A model generated the notes under the pieces. That model did no database searches. It worked only from the letters and a program-made list of their open reading frames with translations, and was not told the DNA's origin. The position numbers and the translations under genes were made by a program. This document shows positions 56,871 through 64,000 of a stretch of DNA of 64,000 nt, one piece after another. The DNA comes from the human T2T-CHM13v2.0 reference genome, Homo sapiens. The stretch is taken from NCBI RefSeq assembly GCF_009914755.1, contig NC_060934.1. One strand, written 5' to 3'. Position 1 is the stretch's first letter, and each line of letters opens with the position of its first letter.

Positions 56871-59003
56871 TACCTTACTTCCATCTTCTTTAACTCATTT
56901 CTATTTTCAGTACTTCACTTCTGTCTTCTGTACCTCATGACCATCTTCTGAACCTTGTTCCCTCTTCTCTATCACACTTCCGTTTTCTATCACTTCTATC
57001 TTCTCTAACTCATTTCCACCTTCTGTACTTCACCTCTGTCTTCTGTACCTCGTCATCTTCTAGGCCTTCTTCAGTCTTCTGTGCCTCATTTCCATTTTCC
57101 TTACCTTATTTTCATCTTTGTACCTCACTTCTGTTTTTCATAAATGACTTCCGTTACCTGTTACTTCCGTTTTCTCCACATCACATTCGTTTTCTGTACC
57201 TCACTTCTGTTTTCCTTAACTGATTTCCGTCTTCTGTACCTCACTGTTTTTCATAACTCACTTCCGTTTCCTGAGACTTACTTCCGTTTCCTCCACCTCA
57301 CTTCCATTTTCTGTAACATCGATTTTCACAACCTCACTTCCGTTTGTTATACCTTATTTGCATCTTCTGTATCTTACTTTTTCACTACCTCACTTCTGTT
57401 TTGAGTAACTCACTTTCATTTCTTATGATGTACTTTGGTTTTCTCTACCTCACTTCTATTTACTACACCTCACTTCCGTTTTCATTACCTCATTTCCATC
57501 TTCTGTACCTCACTTGTTTTTCATAACTCACTTCCATTTTCTGTGACTCACTTCCATTTTCTCTACCTCACTTCCGTTTTGTCTACCTCACTTCCGTTTT
57601 TTCAACCTGACTTCTGTTTTCTATACCTTACTTCCATTTTCAGTGACTCACTTCTGTTTTTTATACCTTATTTCCATCTTCTGTATCTTACTTTTCACTA
57701 CCTCACTTCTGTTTTTCCTATCTCACTTCCATTTCCTGTGACTTATTTCTGTTTTCTCTACCTCACTTCCTGTTATTAGACCTCACTTCTGTTTTTTTAC
57801 CTCATTTTCATCTTCTGTACATCACTTGTTTTTCATGACTCTCTTCGGTTTCCTGTGACTTCTGTTTTCTGTACCTCACTTCTGTTTCCCTAACATCATT
57901 AGCATCTTCTGTACCTCACTTCTATTTTTCATAACTGACTTCCGTTTTCTGTGACTTACTTCCGTTTTCTCTACCTCACTTCCGTTTGCTGTACCTCACT
58001 TCTGTTTTCTGTAACTTCCGTTTTCACTACCTCAATTCCGTTTTTTATACCTTATTTTTGTCTTCTGTATCTTATTTTTTCACTACCTCACTTCCGGTTT
58101 TCATGACTCACTTCCGTTTGTTTACTTCACTTCCGTTTTCCGTACCTCTCTTCTGTTTTCCTAACATCATTTGCATCTTCTGTACCTCACTTCTGTTTTT
58201 CATAACTCACTTCCGTTTTCTGTGACTTACTTCCGTTTTTTCTACCTCACTTCCGTTTTTCTACCTCACTTCTGTTTTATGTACCTTACTTCCGTTTTCA
58301 CTACTTTACTTCCGTTTTTATACCTTATTTCCGTCTTCTGTATATTACTTTTTCTCTACTTCACTTCCGTTTTTCATAACTCACTTCCATGTCCTGTAAC
58401 TTACTTCCGTTTTCTGTACCTCACTTTCGTTTTCTGTACCTCATTTCCGTTTTCTGTACCTTACGTTTTCACTACCTCACTTCTGTTTTTCATGACTCAC
58501 TTCCGTTTCCTGTACATCTCTTCTATTTTCTCTACCTCATTTCCGTTTTCTCTAGCTCACCTCTGTTTTCTATATTTTCCTTCAGTTTTTACTACCTCAC
58601 CTCTGTTTTTTATACCTTACTTCAGTCTTCTGTACCCTACTTACATTTTCACTACCTCACTTCTGTTTTTTCATAAATCACTTACTTTTCCTGTGATTTA
58701 CTTTGATTTTTCTCTACCTCACTTCTGTTTTCTGTACCTCACTTTTGTTTTCTGTACCTCATTTCCGTTTTCTGTACCTCATTTCCGTTTTCTGTACCTC
58801 ATGTTTTCACTACCTCACTTCTGTTTTTCTTAACTTACTTCCGTTTTCTGTACCTCACTTCCATTTTCTGAACTTCACTTCCATTTCCCTTACATCATTT
58901 TTATCCTCTGTACCTCACTTCTGTTTTCCATAACTCACTTCCGTTTCCTGTGACTTACTTCCGTTTTCTATACCTCACTTCCGTTTTCTGTATCTCACTT
59001 CCG
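56850..59003 (+). repeat. Degenerate 20-bp minisatellite, consensus TACCTCACTTCCGTTTTCTG, roughly 105 copies
   Basis: Exact 20-bp period visible at 58741-58800 (TCTGTACCTC recurring every 20 nt) and 58940-59003. Copy number estimated as length/20. Confidence 0.95.
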
Positions 59004-62000
59004 CAATGGTCCCCACCTTGCCTGGAGACCAAGCTTTCTTTGCAGGCCTCATCAAGTGTGCTTGTGGCTTCATCAATAGTAAGTGCTATTCTCATGGTTA
59101 TCTTCAGACAGAGATAAAACCATCAGTCTTGTTCTCAACTCTGCAACTTCTCTCCAGCAATCAGGTGCCTCTGGGGGACAGGTTGAAAGTCACACCAAGT
59201 CTGCTGGTTCTACACTAGCAGAGATGAAGTTTGGGTTGACAGATTCCCAGTGAGAATGCCAGCATCTGCTCTTCAACATCCCATGGCTGACCAGCTCCTT
59301 TACCTGCTATATTTTGTTAGTGTGCTTTTACTTTCATCTTTTCATAATAACTTGTAGTGTACAGATTATGGGACACTCTGCGGTGATTTATTTTTAGATC
59401 TTAAGAAACTAGACTTAGATTTCTTCAACTATTAAAAATCACAGAAACCAAGGCTATGCTTTCCATCACATTGCTGTAAGCCAGGCAAGCTCGGGAGTTA
59501 GGGCCTGATGTTCTTTCAAAACCTTGACTGTCCACAGGCATTTGCTTTCTTTTCAGTGAATCTCTCATCTGAGCTCCTGCTCATGGTAGTCGCAACTTCC
59601 ATTTATTTTGTGGTCAGAATAGGAACCACTGAAGACAGCCTGTGGTCATTGTCTGCTGAGCAGTGCAGAACAATCTATTAAGCAGAATTCTGTTATTTTA
59701 AGGAGTTGAAGGCCCATAATTCTCCTGGCATGTTTTCACACAGTTAATGTTTCCAGGTATCTCGGCGTTGTTGAGTGTAAGCTGCTGTGATAGCTTATGC
59801 CAAACTATACTTGCCGTTTCCTTCAGTGGCCAATTTTTAATCCACTCTCTTATGCTGATATAGATGTTCTCTTTGTTTTCCTTTCTGACACAAGCAGGAA
59901 GTTTCCAGAGCCCCAAAATAAGAGAGCAAATGACTTACACTGCTTATTTCAGTTTAGTTAATTTATGAATATTTTCATAAAGTTTGATTTTCTGTGAACC
60001 ACTTAAATTTAGTGAGAATATTTCCTTCTGTTCCAAAGTAAATAAATGAAGAAAGCTGGAGAAACTCATACCGTCTTTCAAGTAAGGAGAAGAAAACCGA
60101 CCCATCGATTTCTCGTAATTCTATTCATGCTATGTCTTTGATGGGCTTTTTAGGAGCTGTTGTAACCCTGGGTTTTGAGGGCAGTGCATTCCTTTTAAAA
60201 AATATGATTCAACCATTAGAAATAGGTTGGAACTTCAAATACCTACCAGCTTCCTCCCATCGATTTTGCATTTTCTCCTAGGTTTATACAACATTAATTA
60301 GCCTAGCTTTGCTTTTTAGAGTAATATATTGTGGGTGGCACAACACTGCTGCCAAGCAGATTTGATGACAAAGAGGAGAGTGGTTTATGTTGGATTTGTA
60401 TTTTAAGGGAAAAAAATACTTGCTATTCTTTGTCTCTCCCTTCTCAATATAATCAAAATTTAAAAATGAATAAAGCCAAGACAAAACAAACAAGGTAGCA
60501 AAACACCCCATACTATTATTCAAAGGATCTTAAAAATGTGAAACAATGACCCACTCTATGCCATTTACTTGACTATTTTAAACAGAAAACAAAATGTAGA
60601 AATGTAGAAATGAACAAAAATGGAACCTGAGGAACAATGACAGTGTTTTAAATTATTTCCATGAAAGTCCATGCTTTTATTTTTAGGCAATCCTCTTATG
60701 TACGCAATCACTGATTATTAATGATTTCCATAAGCACAATTCTTCCAAAAATCTTATCATAAAATATTTCTAACATAAAAGCTGAAATAATTGCAGAGTG
60801 AACACTTGTGTACACTCCACCAGGATTTTATAATTAACATTTATTATCTGTTTTGTTTCATATTTATCTTATTTTCATTCCTCTGTCTAGAAATCAATCT
60901 ATTATAAATACAATTTTAATCAGTTGATTTATCTTACTTTCCATCAGCAGAAATTTGGAAGCAATTAATTTGGAGGAGGAAAGAGTCTAAGTAAGATGCC
61001 TAACAGATCTTGGTGCGTTGACAACCTTGAAACTTGATGTTAATGGACAGGTACAAAGATGAAGATGAGCTGAACAGTCTTAGTGGTTGAAGCTGCTGCA
61101 TGTAAGATAAGCATGTTAAATCCATGCCATGTATGCTGCAAATCCCAATCCTGTGCACAAAGCAGGCATTGCTAAGAAGACCCTGCTGTATTTAAAAAGC
61201 CTAGATGCACTGATAGAACCCTCAACACAGGACTCCAGCCATGGACTACCATTGGTTCAGAGCTGCCAGTCCAGTAGTAGCTTATGCATCACCTACGGTA
61301 GAGTGGAAACTCTCCTGCACACGCCAGTCACTCCAAGGGCACTTTAATTAAAACCACACAAAATTTTTGTAGATAACAATAAACTTGATTATGGATAAAT
61401 CATGAAATCAATAAATATAGAGTTCCTGGTACTCACCACCACCACCCCTTCTCTAATTTTTTTTCAAATTCAGGTAATCTCTATACCTTTTGCTTAAAAA
61501 AGAAAAGACAAGAAAATAAAATTTTACCTTACAATTCTAACCATCCTGAAAAGTTTTTGTGGCCTGGGTTAGACATGGGAAGGGGTTAGGAAGTTCTCAG
61601 TAAGAACAAAAGAAGCAATTATGCAGGTCAATATACAATGCATTGAAGACCTAGGTGTGTGTTGGATGTAGGAGATGGAATTCAGCCAGGTGCATATTTT
61701 CCTGTAAGAGCCTCGAATGAGTGTGGGATGAATAAGAGGATGAAGGAATGGTATATGTACACACACAGCAATTTCTCAATAATGGATTTTGCAGACATAA
61801 ATGTCATCTAGCTTTTATCGTTTGGTATAAAATCTCAAAGGCCTTAGCAAAACAATAAACTTCAATTAGCTTGATTGTGAATTTTTATGATTTCTTAATC
61901 TATTAACTTCTCATTGCTAATGTTACGGCAGTAATTTTGGAATAACCTGAGCAATAAATGCCATGATTAAGGGAGAAGGCAGGGAGGGGGGGTTAATATA

Positions 62001-63097
62001 TTTTTAAATGGCTACTAGGAAAATAAAAGTTAACTTTTAAAAAAAGTTCTAACATATTAGTGGTGAACTTCATTTATCTAGAAGATTCCTGGAAATGAAC
62101 TAGCTCATTCTCCAATAAATCATATGTGAGGCATTACCTACTATATATGCAGAGCAATATATTTTGTGACCTGCTGACTTTTTGAGTGAAGTAAAAATAT
62201 TGCTTTTAATTCATCCTAATTGTAATGAGCTAAATCAATTTGCCTTTTGAGTCCTGCTGACAGCATAGAAATGTGGTGGTGACGGGGAAGAAACAGGAAC
62301 CAGGGCAGCCAGGCCTGGTGGGTGTCTGGATTCTGCATATGGAACTTGCCTCCTTGAACTGTTTGTGTAGCTGGGCCACTGAAAATAGAGGATTTCCCTT
62401 TCTGAGATCCCTGAGGCCAACAGGAAGATCATATTACTGAGCAGTGTGCCATAAGAACTTTACCCTGTGAGGTTCAAAGGCACCATAAAGTTCACACTGG
62501 CTTCCACAGATATTTCTACTGATTTCTATTCCGTTTATGGTGAAACTAAAACTGTCACATCTTAAAGGTGACCCCCAGCAAGCAGGTGGTGTTTGAGACA
62601 GTGGCACCTTGTTGCAGCTTCTGTTCCTCAGGGTGGAGCATGAATACAATGCAATATCCCCATGCATGTGGATCAAATAATGAAGCAGCTAAACATGTGA
62701 AGGCACACTTAGGTCAGTACCTGCCAGACACAGACAGAGAGCAGGTTCAGGTCAATGGAGCACAGCTGAAGCTGGGTCCGGATGGGATGGGTCTAAGTAG
62801 ACATAAAGTTTCAAAGGATGGAAAGCCTTTAAACACTTAAAATGGTGCCATGGATGAATACAAATTATTTCCCTAAAAGCTCTCTGGACTCCATCCCTAT
62901 CGTCATAAATTTTTCGGATGAAGCACCTATAGGCAGGCTGCTGCAGAAACAAATGATAATTACGTGTTTCTAAAATCACATTTTGGCAGTAGGGTCATTT
63001 GAGAAGGGCTGCCATTCCTTTTGCAGCACAGGAAAAACAAAGCTACTGTGAAGACACTAGCTTCATAATCTATGCACTAAACTCACTAGGAAAGTGT

Positions 63098-63138
63098 AGC
63101 GTGTGTGTGTGTGTGCACACACGCGCGTGCTTGTGTGT
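63098..63138. repeat. Short (TG)n/(CA)n/(CG)n alternating tract
   Basis: GCGTGTGTGTGTGTGTGCACACACGCGCGTGC. Confidence 0.85.
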
Positions 63139-64000
63139 AGATTTCTATGTATATCACTTTTTGCAGATTCATATCTGGCAGCAATTGTGCAGATTTGGTT
63201 GTTAAGCATGAGTTGAAGCCAATTTGGTCAAGTAATTAGTGTTCTGCCCTTTCTAATTAGCTGATTTAAGGTTGCATAACAGATTAATTTTAAATTAATG
63301 TTAATGCTGCTATGCTCAAGGTTAAAAGAAGGGACTAGTAGGATAGCGCTACATAGTACCGTCTGTCTTCTGCGTTTCTCAACCAAGTAGGTTTCTCAGC
63401 TCTTGGTCCACTCTGGAGCCAGTTACCCATTGTGCTCAATTCACTTACAACTGTGCCCACATTTCAGAAAAGTGGCAATTTTCAAGAGCTTCTTTGACTG
63501 ACATGTAGCTCAAAACCACATGTGATGCACAAGTTGAGATTTTAAGATGACGTCAGAAATGAGAGTGGGCAAACCTTGTACTCATGGTCAGCTATTCATT
63601 CATAATCCAATAATGAGAAAGTATGCTTACACATTTTCACCTACACATAGAGAGATACAAACATCTCTATGTATATGTATTTCTATGCCTCTATACATCA
63701 TATGGAGGCTCCACCCACCACATGCTCCACAGAACATTCATATTTCTGAGTTTTCGTGAAGGATGCTTTATCTCCAGCAGCAAGGAAGATGGCCTATGTG
63801 GTTTGGGGAAAAAGCTGTTCCAGTCAATGGCACCTGCCTGCCAATGGCATTTACTGTAGGGTCATGAATTTGATTTCTGTATTGACTTGCATTCCTCTGC
63901 CATGTGACACATCTCAAGCTGTGTGTCCTATCCTGGGTGTTAATTAAAGAGAGCTTTTTTGGTTGTGCTGTTGTATTGCAAAGAGTCGCTGATTTTATAG

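Noticed and set aside
57144-58933. ORFs up to 220 aa rich in F/L/S/Y/T that look hydrophobic or membrane-like
   Set aside because: These are translations of the pyrimidine-rich 20-bp minisatellite. Stops are scarce by composition, and all three frames give similar repetitive peptides.
56850-59003. CRISPR-like array
   Set aside because: The units are contiguous and degenerate with no unique spacers, the context is a primate genome, and there are no cas genes.

Overview
This is primate, human-like non-coding genomic DNA, either intergenic or deep intronic. It is AT-rich, CpG-depleted and dense in interspersed repeats: AluJ/S/Y, FLAM, old L1M/L1PA/L1PB fragments, L2, MIR, MaLR LTRs (MLT1/MST), ERV1 solo LTRs (MER39-, MER34-, MER4-, MER67- and MER57-like) and DNA transposons (MER44/Tigger, Charlie1). 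I found no protein-coding exon I can support. The listed ORFs are short, repeat-derived or low-complexity, and I cannot name the locus. Repeat subfamily calls are from recalled consensus sequences and need RepeatMasker/Dfam confirmation. The standout is at ~56.6-59.0 kb. There, the 5' half of a MER57-like LTR runs into a ~2.15 kb array of roughly 105 degenerate copies of a 20-bp unit (TACCTCACTTCCGTTTTCTG) taken from the LTR's own enhancer segment, and the 3' half of the LTR is missing. The array holds about 30 intact CGGAAG ETS cores by hand count, IRF-ETS (GAAANNGGAA) and ETS-AP-1 (GGAAGTGAGTCA) composites, higher-order block structure and a left-to-right gradient of CpG decay. It is a candidate LTR-derived, methylation-switchable homotypic enhancer. 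Other leads are a possible L1 3'-transduction cassette inside an MLT1 LTR (27.9-28.25 kb), a pair of outward-facing consensus splice donors beside a GC box (31.7-31.8 kb), several candidate lncRNA exons and enhancer-like motif clusters.
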